DNA of 6,858 nt from Octopus sinensis. Lineage: Eukaryota. Below, piece by piece: positions 6,557-6,858 of the stretch. Under the pieces are notes generated by a model. The model did no database searches, was not told where the DNA came from, and saw only the letters and a program-made list of their open reading frames with translations. How positions within the stretch are numbered: the stretch's first letter is position 1; each line of letters starts with the position of its first letter. Both the position numbers and the translations under genes were made by a program. The stretch is taken from positions 1 to 6,858 of the forward strand of contig NW_021829207.1 in NCBI RefSeq assembly GCF_006345805.1, written 5' to 3'.

Positions 6557-6770
6557 GGACAACAAACATTAAGGTAAGACAAGTCATATAAGTTATTATT
6601 ATTGGAAACATTCAAAGTCTTGCAGCTGTTTCTGAGATATCTCAAACCATGGGATATCCTGTCATCGGGGACAGATAAGGAGAATGTGACGGGTATAGAT
6701 TAATGAAACGATGATACAGAGGACGGGATAAAAGGAATAAATAAATGAAGGAAAAGAAGAAAAAGGAAGC
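6557..6770 (-). mobile_element. Second putative Penelope-like terminal-repeat remnant, from a different family than 5990-6160
   Basis: Same architecture on the - strand: pyrimidine-rich leader, hammerhead-like motif, ~60 nt, then the microsatellite. The right boundary is uncertain. Confidence 0.45.
6617..6672 (-). ncRNA. Degenerate minimal type I hammerhead ribozyme motif, probably inactive
   Basis: The - strand reads GUCc CcGAUGA ca GGAUAUC ccaugguuuga GAUAUCU ca GAAA CAGCUG cA AGAC. It has a 7-bp helix II, a palindromic helix III (CAGCUG) and helix I GUC/GAC. Three U>C deviations from canonical occur at 6669, 6667 and 6622. Confidence 0.55.
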
Positions 6771-6858
6771 ATAAATGTTCACTATTCAACTTTCCGATCT
6801 TGTAGATGTTTGTCCATAAGTCTTTTCCTTTTCTCCTGTCCTCTATATCATTTTTTCC

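Overview
Repeat-dominated, AT-rich eukaryotic non-coding DNA (intron or intergenic). The (TA)n/(TG)n/(GAT)n/(TTC)n load and the SINE type suggest an animal, probably a coleoid cephalopod such as Octopus; this is inferred from recalled repeat sequence and has not been checked by a search. No intact protein-coding gene is supported, and almost all listed ORFs are microsatellite artefacts. Recognisable content: (1) several copies of one tRNA-derived SINE family (tandem cluster 1-536 on -, ~624-755 on +, 3834-4110 on +, a decayed copy ~4341-4460 on -) with a modular head/body/tail structure; (2) a 5'-truncated 3' end of a CR1/L2-group LINE (~2757-3070, +); (3) an internally deleted mariner transposase pseudogene (~3072-3791, -); (4) two minimal type I hammerhead-ribozyme motifs of the kind associated with Penelope-like elements, facing each other across a TA tract: a near-canonical one at 6023-6057 (+) and a degenerate one at 6617-6672 (-); (5) a (GAT/GAC)n tract giving a poly-Asp ORF with TATAAAAG upstream and AATAAA at the stop; (6) two short unique islands rich in homeodomain/POU/Pbx/Sox-like motifs. 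The hammerhead motifs are the most interesting signal.
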